Positions 25,440 through 37,530 of a DNA stretch of 64,000 nt are shown here, in pieces. The notes under the pieces are model-generated. The model ran no database searches, was not told the DNA's origin, and saw nothing but the letters and a program-made list of their open reading frames with translations. How positions within the stretch are numbered: the stretch's first letter is position 1; each line of letters begins with the position of its first letter. The translations under genes and the position numbers were made by a program. This DNA comes from Camelus dromedarius (taxonomy: Eukaryota): positions 117,988,001-118,052,000 of the forward strand of contig NC_087437.1 in NCBI RefSeq assembly GCF_036321535.1, in the 5' to 3' direction.

Positions 25440-25830
25440 GAGTCGCTGGAGGGGCCAACTGGAACCGCATGCCTCGCGACGGGATGCCACACCAAGCAGA
25501 GTGGACTTACCCCGAGATCCATGGGGAGCCGCTCCAGCCTTTTCAGCAGGGAGGTAACATGAACAGATTGGAATTTTAGCAAAATCAGCATGACTGTGGG
25601 GTAGGGAATCCACTGGAAGGGAGCCAGGGTGAAGGCAAAGAAGCCATGAGAAGGCTGGAGATCTGAGAGAGAGAAGCAGGGCGGTGGAGTGAAGACAGGC
25701 AGCTTCTAGAGAGAAACGGCAGAGCTGCTGTGAGGGGCTTCCTGAAAGCTGGCCAGGTGTTTGGCCCTGGGACTAGTGGATGGTTTGCTGTTCCCTGAGT
25801 TAAGGAGCATGGGAGAGGCAGCAGAGTTGG
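25440..25830 (-). mobile_element. L2 fragment
   Basis: gggagccgctccagccttttcagcagggaggtaacatgaacagattggaattttagcaaaatc follows the recalled antisense L2 body pattern. Confidence 0.6.
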
Positions 25831-25901
25831 AGTGAGCGGAGAGGCTATTGCCAGTAAACCATAGTCAAATTCATGAGTTCTAGTTGGTGGGCAGTCTGAA
25901 C

Positions 25902-26065
25902 CAGTGCTTCTTAAACCCTAATACACATTCCATTTGCATCCCCTAGGCACTTCGTTAAACAGACTGATTCAGGAAGTCTGGGGTGGGGCAGAGGTTTCCA
26001 CCTTTTCTAACAAGCCCCCAGGCGATGTTGAGGCTGCTGGTCCAGGAACCAGACTTTGAATTAAG
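25902..26065 (-). mobile_element. MER5A-like MITE
   Basis: ctgattcaggaagtctggggtggggc...tctaacaagcccccaggcgatg...gctgctggtcc. Confidence 0.75.
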
Positions 26066-27759
26066 GCTCTTGATTAATCAAAACCTTTCTGTTGATGCTT
26101 CAGCTCTCCGTGAACTTATCCAGAACTCCATAAGGGCATTCGCCTCTCCATCCTCCGCACCTAGAATGGCAGCAGTGGCTGGCGGGCTGTAGTAGACACA
26201 CACAAACGCACTGTGAGTCCCAGCACCCACAGCAAAGCCCTCCCTCCCGCCAGCCCTCCTGTTTCCACACGGAGAGGTGAGGCAGCTGAAATGGAGCCAA
26301 ACGGTCTGAGACATCTCGGTGGAGGTCACAGCTCCTCCCCATGCTGGGGACACAGGAGGACTGTCTTTGGTCTCCATTAACTTCCACTGGAAGACTCAGT
26401 CATGTCCAGCGTTCTCTTTCAGCATCAGACTGTCTGACAGTTGGGATAAAGAAAACCTTCAGCTCTGAAGTCTGACTCTGCTCTGCATTTGAGGGGGAGG
26501 AATAAGCTTTTTATCCTTTTCTGGCTTCATGGACACCAAATAACACACGCACATCAGGAAGAGTTCGAGAAAGCCACCCACCCCAAAGAGAAGGGAGTAA
26601 ACCTCAGTTATCCTACTCAGGATGCCATTCTGAAGAGAGAGCCCTTCAAGGATGACAGCTGGAAACCTCTAACTTGGGAGGGAGACAGAATCATCCTGAT
26701 TGTACCCTGAAGAGTAGAAAGGAAAACCTTAATTGTACTATTCTCTGCTCTAACTCCTACGCTCATCCAAAGATTTATAAAATGATTTATTTTCCCTCAG
26801 TTTCATTTCCAGAATCATCCTCAGCAGACATAATTTAAATTCTAGATATTTCCCCAGCAAAAGGCAAAAAAAGACCCTTTCAGGAGAGTGCACAGAGATT
26901 TGAAACAAAGTTCACGGGGATTCACCAGCTATGTGTAAAGAATACTATATGAGATTTACCACACTATGCTAGACTCGTGTGTAATTGATAGTCAGAAACC
27001 ATGGGCCACTATGTCCTTTTTTAAAAAGTAATGCTATAAAATATGCACAAAGGAAAAAAAGAAACCTTCCATTTCCTAAATTTTGGAAATGGAAATAAAG
27101 ATGAAAGATACATTGTTTTAGCCAGGACACAATGTGAACCTTTGGAGGTCTGTCTGATTTGCTGAGAAGAGTACTGTTCATGATAAATGTAGCTCGTTTT
27201 TTAAAAACTGAATCTGCTACTGGAGTCTGGACATTTTTATTTTCCACTTATCATGTTCATACAGTGGAGCAGCGTTACATCAATCTTAATGCTTAGTCCT
27301 TTCCTACTTTGAGTCCCATCATCATATGCTCTGCTCCCTGGTCAGAAGTGCCAGGTGGAGGTGAGAGAAGGGTGAGGGCAGGGATGTGCTGGGACCCCTC
27401 CTCCCTCTGACTGCCCTAGCGTTACTTCCACCTAATTCCTGAAAAAGGATCTGGAGAGCTCTGCCTGGAATCTTCGAATTCAAACCACAAGTAATCCTCC
27501 CACCTGGACATCACAGGGAGGTTGTATGGAGTGAATGAACTACTGCCAGTGGTACCTGGTACTCCTGGTGGTAGCTTGTGGTTCCGATGTTAATTTCCTT
27601 TCTTTATTGTCCTCTGGGCTCCATACTCTTTGCCATCCTCTTGGGATTGTGTACATTTTGAATGTAATTTTCTTTACAAGAATAAATATCTTCTAGTGAA
27701 AAATCTATTTTGCATTTTGATAGTAGTGATGTAAAACATCAGGGAGTTACTGTTAATTG

Positions 27760-28663
27760 CTTTCTTTTGTTCGTATCTCACATCCAGGTCACCAACAAGT
27801 TCCGTTCACTCTACCTGCAAAACAGATCCAGATCTGGATCCCTTCCACCTACCTCCACTGCTGTCACCCACTGTCACACGGTCATTTACTGCTGTGACTC
27901 CTGCAAAAGCCTGCACATGGGTCTCCCTCTTTCTAGTCTTGAGACATCATTCGCGCCCCTCAACTTGTCTTTTCTCAACTCAGTAGCCACTGAAGTTTCT
28001 AAAACAGAAGTCAGATCCTCTGCTGAAATTCCTGCAGTGTCTCCACACACCACAGAGATCCTACGGGGAGCACTGCCCTGGGCTCCCCGTTTCCTCTCTG
28101 AGAAGCCTGCAGCTCCACCCCCCACCTCATTCATCAACACTCCAGTCAGGCCCTCGCCCTAAGACCTCTGCTTTTCTCTCTGCTGGGAAAGCTCTTGCCC
28201 CAAATACATTTCACCAGCCACCTCTTTCCTTGTGTGTCTCCTCAAATGCCACCTTCTCAGCGAGGCCCATTTCAACCACCAGCCCCTATTTAGACCTGCT
28301 GCCTGACACACCATTATTCTTTCCCTGTTTCCAGGTTTCTTTCACCCACAGTGCTTATCACCATCTAATATATGACATGATTAGTATATTAATGATGTTT
28401 AAGTAGATTTTGGGGGGGGTAATTGGGTTTATTAATTTTTTAATGGAGGTACTAGGCACCGAAGCTAGGACCTTGTGCATGCTAAGCATGTGTTCTACCA
28501 CTGACCTCTACCCTCTCCACCATGTGAATGGTGTTTAATACCCCTCCCCACAACAGAAGTCCCATTAAGGGAGATTTTTGTCAGTTTTGTTCACTGAAGT
28601 ATCCCAGACACCTAGAACAGTGACGCGTATCATAGGCACTCAATACATATCTCTTGAATAAAT
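27760..28663 (+). mobile_element. L2 (L2a-like) 3' portion containing an inserted SINE
   Basis: ctctacctgcaaaacagatccag; ctcaaatgccaccttctcagcgaggcc; terminal cctagaacagtg...ggcactcaatacatatctcttgaataaat. Confidence 0.85.
28408..28518 (-). mobile_element. tRNA-derived SINE (Vic-1-like)
   Basis: Same family as 12310. Nearby near-identical flanking repeats aatgatgtttaa (28391) and aatggtgtttaa (28527) may be a TSD. Confidence 0.88.
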
Positions 28664-29719
28664 CAAGTTCTTTCATTATTTTAGGGGAATGTCATTCCAG
28701 AGCTTCAGAGTTTTAGTAAATTCTACTTTATGATGCCTATATTATTAGGTATATATTATACATGATGAAGATAAGCTCCACTGAAATTAAGAAACTGGTT
28801 CACTTTGGATTTGTGTTTCCTTGAATTGTAATGTAGGTCACTGAAGGCCAAGTACATAAAAATAAGAGAAAGGAAATAGTTGAGCACAAGGCTCACTTTC
28901 CACCCACCCCCTAGAGCAGATGACTTCCACTTTTTCTGATCCCTTACCTCTGATTATGTGTCTTTTAACAGCAAAATGTATCTTTCCTTCTCGCCCTGCC
29001 ACAGGAGACCAGAAAGGGCCCCCTTCACCACCTGAACAGGGTAGGACTCTCAGACAGGCACAGGACAGGGCTCCCACGTCCATTGGCTTCACATGGCTTA
29101 ACAGAGATTAAGCAGAAACCCACAGAAAGACATCACAGAAACATAAATGAGAGAGCCACAACAGCAAAGCCTAGACTGTGTAGCATCCCACGGCCAGAAG
29201 GTAAGAGTAAATGTTTTCATTAGAAGGCAATCATCCCCTTGACATGGGAGCGCACCAGAAATCGTTTCAATGGTATACTTTCAACTGGTCATTCTCCAGC
29301 AAGCATTTAACCAATTTATTCTCTTTGACTGAATAAATATAAATGATTCAGAGCACGCTTTCAAATTTTCTACAATTAGCATTTACTATATATGTCACTT
29401 TCCTCTCAACAAAAATTCAACATTGCACTCCTGTTCCAAGGAACTCAGATTTAAAGATAATTAGGATATTTGCGTTCCATAAAAATCAGGTATATACATT
29501 TGCCTTGGCATAGCTTTGTGTCATCAAAGAGAAGCTTATTTCTAACTTGCATTTCCAGCTAACATTGGGAAAGACTAACATGGTCTGTCAAAGGGCCATG
29601 AATTTTCAAACCATTGCAGTCGTGAAATGTGAAGTATTAGATTTCCAAAGGAGTATATCCTTGATGGTTCTCCCAATATACTCATAAAAGTTGAACACCT
29701 CAAAGGCCACAAAATCTAG

Positions 29720-29900
29720 GGTAAACACATGGGCTCTGTCAATAGATCTGGGCTTAAATTCGACCTGGGACTTAACCTTGCTTAGTCTCAGTTTCTTCAT
29801 TTGTAAAATAGGATTAATAATTACATTTACTTTTTATCACTAGCCTAAATGCTCAACACAGTGCCTGCTTCACAGCGGGTATTCAGGGACAGTCAGCCAT
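29720..29900 (+). mobile_element. MIR SINE
   Basis: ctcagtttcttcatttgtaaaataggattaataa core. Confidence 0.75.
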
Positions 29901-29959
29901 CATCATCACAAGGCTCACTACTGCCATTTCGTATGCATGTTCTGACACTAGCGTCCCTC

Positions 29960-30110
29960 GCTCAGTGCCCTTGGAAAGCTTAAGCCTTAGTCTGTTCATC
30001 AGAAATTGGGGATAACACCACCTGCTCTACAAGACTGCTGGGAAGACTAAACAGAGTAATGCATGTAAAGAACCGAACATAATGACTGGCCCAGGGTAGG
30101 GAGTCCAAAG
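29960..30110 (+). mobile_element. MIR fragment
   Basis: ccttggaaagcttaagccttagtctgttcatcagaaattggggataac...taatgcatgtaaag. Confidence 0.6.
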
Positions 30111-31749
30111 ACAGGGGGTCTTGCCTTCTCTTTCTTTTACATAAGGGTGTTTTGGACACATTTTCTGTAAGAGTGGAAGAAAAAACGATAGATAAGTCAG
30201 TGAGATTATCAATGAACAAGTATCTACCATTGTTCAGAATTTGTAAGCAGATCTACAAGAACTACACCTTAAGATTATACATACATATAATATATAATAT
30301 TTTATGTATGTATCCATCACCAATATATGAGAAAGGTAGCAAATATTAAAATGGGAATAAACACTACTGTAATTCTCAAATAGAACTCTAGAATGCACGG
30401 AATTCCTGAAGCCATGCACCAGGGGAGAGCGACTAGAACACGAGAGAGTTCCTCATTACAGCAACATGACTTGCAGCCGCTCCTGAGTAAGTAAGAGAGC
30501 CGGAGCTTTACATACATCACAGAGGTCGGGTAACAACCCCTGGAAAAATTATCTGGGAATAAACCAGATTATTAACTCAGTATTAAGTAAAATCACCTAA
30601 ATTTACCTAAGCTAGAAAACAGACTACATTGAGATAAGCGTATGAATACTTACAAACTATAAAGGACTGAGAACAAACGATTCTATCTGTCTGTGTGGTC
30701 TTAGTACAATGATGTAAAACACAACATGTAAGACATGGAGAGCTAACTCAGCACACAAGTGATTCCAGCCACAGCGTTTATCAAGGTTGAAGAGTTTTGA
30801 CAAGAACAGCCAATCTCTTCACTCATTTCTCTCCTGCCTTCTACCACCTTGCTCCAATATTCAAATTAAAAGAAACAAAAAACCTGGATCTCCAAAGCAT
30901 ATTGGATGATGGCAGCTGGAACCTTTCAATCTGGGCCAACTTTAAGTGAAAGATCCCAGGTCTTAATTAAGAAGCCACCCACTGGCAAGGTGTTTGTCTT
31001 CTTTACTGTGTGGGACAGGCCACGGTCAATACGTCTGCCAAATCTTTGCAAGAGTTCCGAGAAATAATTAGGGATTTTAACTTATTCTGCTGTCACTTCT
31101 CTCCCAATCACATCTAAGACAACTGGGTCAAAGGAGCAGAAATGCAGTTAAATTTAGCAAGTACTTCTTGAAAACCTACTAGATGCACAGAAAGGAATCA
31201 TCCAGGTTTCTGGGCTGGAGGTGAAGGGCTGAGCACCGTTCTTTGAGAAGAGACCCCCAACAGCGCTGGGAGGGAGGAGCAGGGGGGGCGGAGACGGCAG
31301 GAAGGCGTGTCACAAGACAACTTAGTTTTTCTCTCTCACTTACTAAATATTCTGATTTCTAAATTTTCTGAAGAGATCTCCTTAAATGCATACCTTCTAT
31401 AAACATAGGCTTCATGGTCTTGTTTTATGGGGGACACAGGCATTCATTTGAGTGATACATTTCTTATTTACATAGAGGTTATTTTCTAAATTTTTTCTGG
31501 CTGATGAAGACTCCCACTTCCATTCATCCTTCCAGGAATCTTTCAGGACTAGATGTCCACTTCACATGGGCAATCACGTGCCCGTCAAGACCTCGCCATC
31601 CGAAGGGCACAGCCAGAACGCCAGCTCTGTCGTTTTCTCTTCCAGCCTTTTCTTCTTTCTAACTCATGCTGTCCTGGTCACAGATCACACCATCGATACC
31701 GGATATCTATCACACACCTCGCTGTACGAGGGTCCAGCAGGGGAGAGAT

Positions 31750-32100
31750 GGGCCCTCCAGCCCAGTACTCTGAGAAGAATCTACAAAGGGATGATGGACA
31801 AAGGCAGTCAGAGTCCAGGGCCGAGAGCAGCTCAAAGCTGTTATCTCCTCAAGGACCAAAGGGTTAACGGGAGCCTGACAGGATCCACAACCTGGCAAGG
31901 AAGGAGCCAGTGAAACAAAATAAACACCCCAACCAAGCTCTTCTCCTGCTCTCAGGTCTCCTGCTGGTGGCTCCCAGGAGCTGAATCCAACAGGAAGCCA
32001 GGTAACCATGGAGCCCATTGATGTGTCCAGCCTCCAGGGGCCCAGAGCAGCGCAGAGACAGGTGAGAGAGTAGACCTGGAGAAGCATGTAGAAGGCGTGC
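31750..32100 (-). mobile_element. ERVL-type LTR (LTR33-like)
   Basis: Reverse complement ctccaggtctactctc...catcaatgggctcc...ctggcttcctgttgg...cagcaggagacc resembles the recalled LTR33 consensus. Confidence 0.65.
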
Positions 32101-32240
32101 AGCCAAGGCCACTCTTTACAAACAAGGCAAGGTCAAAGAGGATGGTGGATGCAGGGATACTCAACACACTCTCCCTCTGCTACGGCAAAAACCACTCCCT
32201 TCTCATAGCCTAGAGATGATGGTCAATAGTCTCTTCTTTG

Positions 32241-32405
32241 TAGGTTTGGCAGATTTAGTTAACAATACCGGATACCAGTTAAATCTGAATTTCTGATAAG
32301 CAATGGGTAATTTTTAGTGTAAGTATGCCCCATGCAATATTTGGGATATCAATATGCTAACATTATTTTTTGTTACTGAGTGTCCTAATTTAATCTGACA
32401 ACCCT
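32241..32405 (+). mobile_element. MER53-like palindromic hAT MITE
   Basis: TIR-like ends taggtttggcagattt / aatctgacaaccct, internal cagttaaatctgaatttctgataa, and central aagtatgccccatgcaatatttggga. Confidence 0.8.
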
Positions 32406-33079
32406 TTGTCTTTGTATAAAATTATTACTTCTGTCTCAGAAGACAAGGGCAAACAATGAGTTTCTACAAGTATGTTGCTATATTTAGTATTAATCCTGTG
32501 AGTTGCATATTTCTGCTTTCCTTTCCAACTTAATTCTTGAGTCCTCCCTTTTTAAAAATTACACTCTCTATTTTTATTCATTGTGATATATAAAAACTCT
32601 CCGCTGAGAATGTACTGATTTTATTCTCACTGAGGTCATCTGTGAATTGCCTCTTTTCTCATGAGAATACATTTTTAAAAGAGCATTAAGCTTACTATTC
32701 TGTTGCAAGGCAATGAAGTTTTGTTATGTGTCTTCTGTGTGCAAATGGAAAATGTGAATTTTAAAGATGAGTTCTCATTTAAGAATCTTCAGAATACTTC
32801 TAAAGATAAGAAACCTATGAATCTATAGAAATCAACAGAAGAGCAAGCAAGAACCTTTGAGGTTCCACAGCCCCAAAGGATTCCAGGGCGGGGGTTGAAT
32901 GACGGAAAAGTAATCTTCGGGATGGTTTAAAGCATGAACATTCTGGAAACTCTGCTTTCAGGAAGCCAACACAGTTCCTCAGCTCACCAGCCCTGAGAGA
33001 GAAGAGGGGCCCCATGGCCAGGGCTGGGCGGAGACAGAGGGGCAGATACAAGGTAAGAGCAGAGATAATGTCTGCCTCC

Positions 33080-33660
33080 CCCTTCCACTTGCCTTCTGCG
33101 GCTCCTTAAATGATTCCCATCTCGCTCAGAATAAAGCCCAGAGTCCTCACGGGACTTTTCATGACCTGCTCTCCAACACTCAGGTCTCCTCTATTCCCTT
33201 CTCTCCTCTTCTCTTCTCTTCTCTTCTCTTCTCTTCTCTTCTCTTCTCTTCTCTTCTTCCTACCTTCTCACCTTCAGCGACACTGACCTCCTCTGAAGTC
33301 CTGAATTTCCAGGCGCACAACTGTGGCAGCCGGGTTCCCGCACCTGCTCCTCCTTCTCCCTAGACCCCCCCTCCTTTCCATCGGCTCCATACCCTCACTC
33401 CCTCATTTTTACAGTCTTACCTGACCAGTTCCTTTAAAATGGTGCCCTGTCCATCACTCCCTGACCCTGTACCTTGCTTTCCTTTACTTGTGGGCATTGA
33501 TCATCAGCTACTAATACATGATTATTTATCTATCTCCCGACTTTGGAATGAGACCTCCATCAGAACGGGGATATCTGTGTTTTGTTTTTGTCTACTACTA
33601 TATAGCTAATGTCTACAGCAGTCCCCTGCACACAGGGCATCCAACATATTGGCATAAAGC
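33080..33660 (+). mobile_element. L2 fragment interrupted by a pentanucleotide repeat
   Basis: ctcagaataaagcccagagtcctcac; ggaatgagacctccatcagaacgggga...cacagggcatccaacatatt. Confidence 0.6.
33206..33255. repeat. (CTCTT)10 microsatellite
   Basis: Read directly. Confidence 0.97.
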
Positions 33661-34284
33661 CCCAACCCTCCTGGGACATCACACCACATGTTTATTCTAA
33701 AGATATGCATGCCGTATTCACCAGCGGGCTCTGCAGGTGACCATTAATTAAGGTCACCTCCACGTGATCAAGAGACTAGATCTTTCCTTTCTTTTTCCAT
33801 AGTAGCTAAATTCAAATTGGATTGGAGTAGGATGCTATCAACATCAAAGCCTAGTATCTAACTATATTGACCAGCAACCAACCCCCCCATCCTTCTGTTG
33901 TTGTTCACTTGATTTTACCCTTTAATACACTGCATCACCCTGTGGAGTTACACTGACGGTCTTGCTGGTTCTTCAACAATACGAACTCACTGCATACTTT
34001 GGGAGATGACTGGTCATACCCCACTGTATTGAAAAGTGTATTTAACAGCTGTTGACCCTCTACCTACAGGCCACTAAACAGCTTCAGTCTTATCATGAAG
34101 TTACTCTTATTTTCCCTGAAAATGTTTCCATGAATTGAAGCCTTGAGAATCTGCTTCTCCATGTCTCATCCTCCTAGCTTAAGTTCACCACAGAGTGAAC
34201 TCTTCCTCAACACAAGGCGTATCAGCACCATTGGTAGCCCCATCAATGTCTTTTGGTTTTGTGTAAATTTTCCTTTCTTTCTTT

Positions 34285-34402
34285 GTTTTTTGGGGGAGGG
34301 AGGCAATTAGGTTTATTTATTTATTTTTTTAATGGAGGTACTGGGAGTTGAACCCAGGACCCTGTGCATGCTAAACACATGCTCCACCACTGAGCTACAC
34401 CT
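34285..34402 (-). mobile_element. tRNA-derived SINE (Vic-1-like)
   Basis: aatggaggtactgggagttgaacccaggacc...ccactgagctac carries the A and B boxes on the minus strand. Confidence 0.88.
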
Positions 34403-35554
34403 ATAGGTTTTATTTAGAAATGCACCAAATAATAATTCCTGACATCCATACAGTGTATTTGAATTTATAAAACATATTTGAGATGCATTGTCTTATTTCA
34501 TCTGTACAGTAGATCCATGATGGATTCTTTCCCCAGTTTTACAGAGTAGGAAACTTGCCAGGTTGAGAGGCCAACTGCCAAGTGATAAGCAGGGCCAATG
34601 GCTATGTGCAGCCCTATGGGAGCTCTTCCCTCACAGCAGGCATGAGGCTGGGCAGCAGACTCTGCTTATAAGTGACTTGGCCACAGGTTACTTCAGCAGA
34701 GAAGGCAGTGGTATATGATTACAGAATCTAACATCAGGCATTTTTCCTGATTGTCAGCAGTTCTTACACATACAATAAAAGGATCCCTTAAGCAACTGTT
34801 CATGATCAAAGTGCCTTAGTGGGGAGCTGGCCCCCTGCATATACCACGTAGATATATTTTTCTCACAACCCAGTGAAATATTTCTACAAATGGTATTTTA
34901 ATTTATATTAACTTATTCTGGAAGTGGGCATTTTGGCATCCACAAAGAGTCATCTTGGGCACTCATGCACAGAGACACAATCTGGTCTTTGATGTCACCC
35001 ATATATGGATGACACAGCCCTTGGAGCCCAAGATTTTAGAGCTGGAAGAGACCAGAGGCAATGCAGCCCCACAGTTCCCAAACAGAGGTACTGGTAATTG
35101 GGTGACAGGATATGAATCCAGGGTATAAGCACAGTCCATAATACCAAAGCTTCATTGTCATGTAATAATAAGTGATTCCAAATATTATTTGTTATTAAAC
35201 CAAACACATATAATGTGACAAAGAATAAAAATCCACATGAATTTTCAAGACTTAATACAACTTTCACAGATGGTTTCAGCTAATATCAGGCTGCTCTGGG
35301 CAAATCCCAAACCCTCTGGGGTTTTATGTTACATTGCCCTTAGGGGCAGGCAACTGGAAAGATTTCAGAAAAGCTAAACCTCCTCAATTAGCAGCTGAAA
35401 AAACTTGAGATCTAGACAAGCAAAATGACTAATACAGATGTTGGAATTCGCTACTGCACCAGACGCCATGCCTCTCCTGCTTTTTATAGGATGATATGCC
35501 TAGTGTCGGAACTGGCTGAGTGATGAAACTGGTCTGGAGCACGTTAAAGGAGTG

Positions 35555-35757
35555 ATGTCAGTGCTAGGAATGCCGGAACAGTGTAGTGCTGCAAACAGAG
35601 TGGCTTAAGCAGCAGTTCTGGAGGCTAGAAGTCAGAGGTCAAGATGTCAGGAGGGCTGTGCTCCCTCGGAAGTCTCTAGGGAAGGCTGTGTTGTTCTAGG
35701 CCTCTCTCCGGGGTCTGCTAGTTCCTTGGCTTGTGGCAGCATAACTCCAGTCTTGAC

Positions 35758-35804
<47 letters not shown>

Positions 35805-36001
35805 TGAACCCAAATGTCCCCATTTTATAAGGACACCAGTCATTCTGGATTAGGGTCCTACCCTACCCCAGTATGGCCTCACTTTAATGTAACTAATGAC
35901 ATCTGCAATGATCCTATTTCCAAATAAGTTCACATTCTGAGGTCCTGGGGGTTAGGACTTGAACATGTGAACTGGTGAGGGGACATAATTCAACCCTAAC
36001 A
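35555..36001 (-). mobile_element. MaLR solo LTR (MLT1B/C-like) with an internal TG repeat
   Basis: cagttctggaggctagaagtc; ttataaggacaccagtcat; ttccaaataagttcacattctgagg. Confidence 0.88.
35761..35802. repeat. (TG)21 microsatellite
   Basis: Read directly; perfect run. Confidence 0.97.
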
Positions 36002-36999
36002 TAAGTCAGGTCCATTTGGCCCAGACTCAGTGAAACAAGTGATTCTGAAAAATGGTAGCCAGGTTCAAGGTCTATCATGAAGGTCTCCTTAAGTTCAAAA
36101 TTTACAATTTACTTCATCCTCAAAATTCATTGCAACTGCACAATCTAAGACTTTCAACTTGATATCTGACCTGTGGAATCCTAAAGAGTCTATCTTTGCA
36201 GAGCTTTGGCTAGTCTCAGGTTAAGATATGCAGGAAAAATAAGCAATGGAGGTTTGAGCTAGTTGCCCATAAGAGAGGAGAAATCCATTTGCTGGCACTG
36301 CATTCCAAAGAAGGCTTTTTTGGGATCCTAAATATTTGTGACGTGATAAGCAAGGGATGGAAAAGTCTCAGTCACTCTTGATCTGACTCATCTTTTATTT
36401 TCGGAATCAAGACTTGGATTTATTTTCATGGACTGTGTATTCCTGCATTTTTATTGAAGAAGTCAGGTCATTCCCTATCACTGAAGACTCAAGACCTAGT
36501 CTGGAAGAAGTACTTGGAGACAGTGTTCTGTGTTCTGGCTTCAGTGCTGTGTTGGCTTTTGCTCATCTTCATGTGTGCAAATGACCCTGAACTCCTCCCT
36601 ATGGCCAGTCTTCCAGCATTGGAGTAATGAGGGCTATTTAGCAATGGCTACTTTTGAACCCTTCCTGAAATGTTTCTCCTTTTATTGAAAGTAGAGGTTT
36701 ACAACAAGCAGAATTTGAAAAATGCTAGTTCTACTTCTGAATACAATTAGCACATTTTCCCTCACGATAAACATGCCACCAAGAAATAAGAGTTGTAATT
36801 TCAAAGCAGTTACTTTAACCAATTAGATGTCAACTCAGTTATGTTTCCATGGCTCTAGGAAATGAGACTTTGAAAAATTGTCTCTTAAAAATACATTTTA
36901 ACGTCACACTGGAGTATCTAAATTAACAAAGGTTCAACATTGACCATCACTCACAGTAAAAGTGATTCTTTGATTCAGCAAAACTGCAGTATTCACAGA

Positions 37000-37136
37000 T
37001 ACCCAGGACAATCTCCTTATGTCAGAAACGTCTGATCAGCAACCTTAATTCCCTCTTCCCAGGTCACATAAAATAGTCACAGGTTCTGGGGATTAGGACA
37101 GGAACACCTTTGGGAGCCATTACTCTGTCTACCACA
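37000..37136 (-). mobile_element. MLT1D-like LTR 5' fragment
   Basis: tcacaggttctggggattaggac...gccattactctgtctaccaca is the reverse complement of an MLT1 5' end. Confidence 0.7.
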
Positions 37137-37374
37137 GACACTAGTAAACACCTGATAAATGACTCCGTCCATAACACTACGCATTTTGTTTACACGTCTA
37201 GAAGCGCTGACCTGAGGGAGGGTCTGCAGATTTCATCAGATTGCCAAAGAGCTTTGCAACATGCAACAGGGTAAAAGCCCCTGATTCCAGACAGTGAAGC
37301 TGCGGACTTCCTGTAACGAAGCATCAGCCACAAAGGCACTGGCATATAATTATGAGTGAGTGATGGTGAGCTAA

Positions 37375-37530
37375 TTCTTACTTAATTAATTCTTATTTAC
37401 CTACAAACTTCTGCAGTAAGAGGATTTATTAGGTTAGTTTCGTAGATGAGGAAACTACCGTCTGGAGAGTGATTTGCCAAAGGCCACACTGCTGATGAGT
37501 TTGCCGAGCTGAATTCAAAGAGCGCTCTGC
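37375..37530 (-). mobile_element. MIR fragment
   Basis: agatgaggaaact...gatttgccaaaggccacactgct. Confidence 0.6.

Noticed and set aside
24936..25613. 225-aa minus-strand ORF and an 83-nt exon-like unit (25511-25593, cag|...|gtaagt)
   Set aside because: No recognisable protein. The ORF crosses a CT-rich simple tract, and its 5' third, including the putative exon, lies in an L2 remnant, so chance is the simpler explanation.
26489..26710. 73-aa ORF with protein-like composition
   Set aside because: Non-ATG start, no convincing splice sites and no recognised homology.
29004..29200. Plus-strand exon-like unit (ccctgccacag| ... AAG|gtaaga)
   Set aside because: No coding continuity or partner exons. 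Similar splice-like words occur on both strands across the window.
34182..34201. AGTTCA-N8-TGAACT inverted nuclear-receptor half-sites
   Set aside because: An isolated short inverted repeat with no supporting context; plausible by chance in 64 kb.
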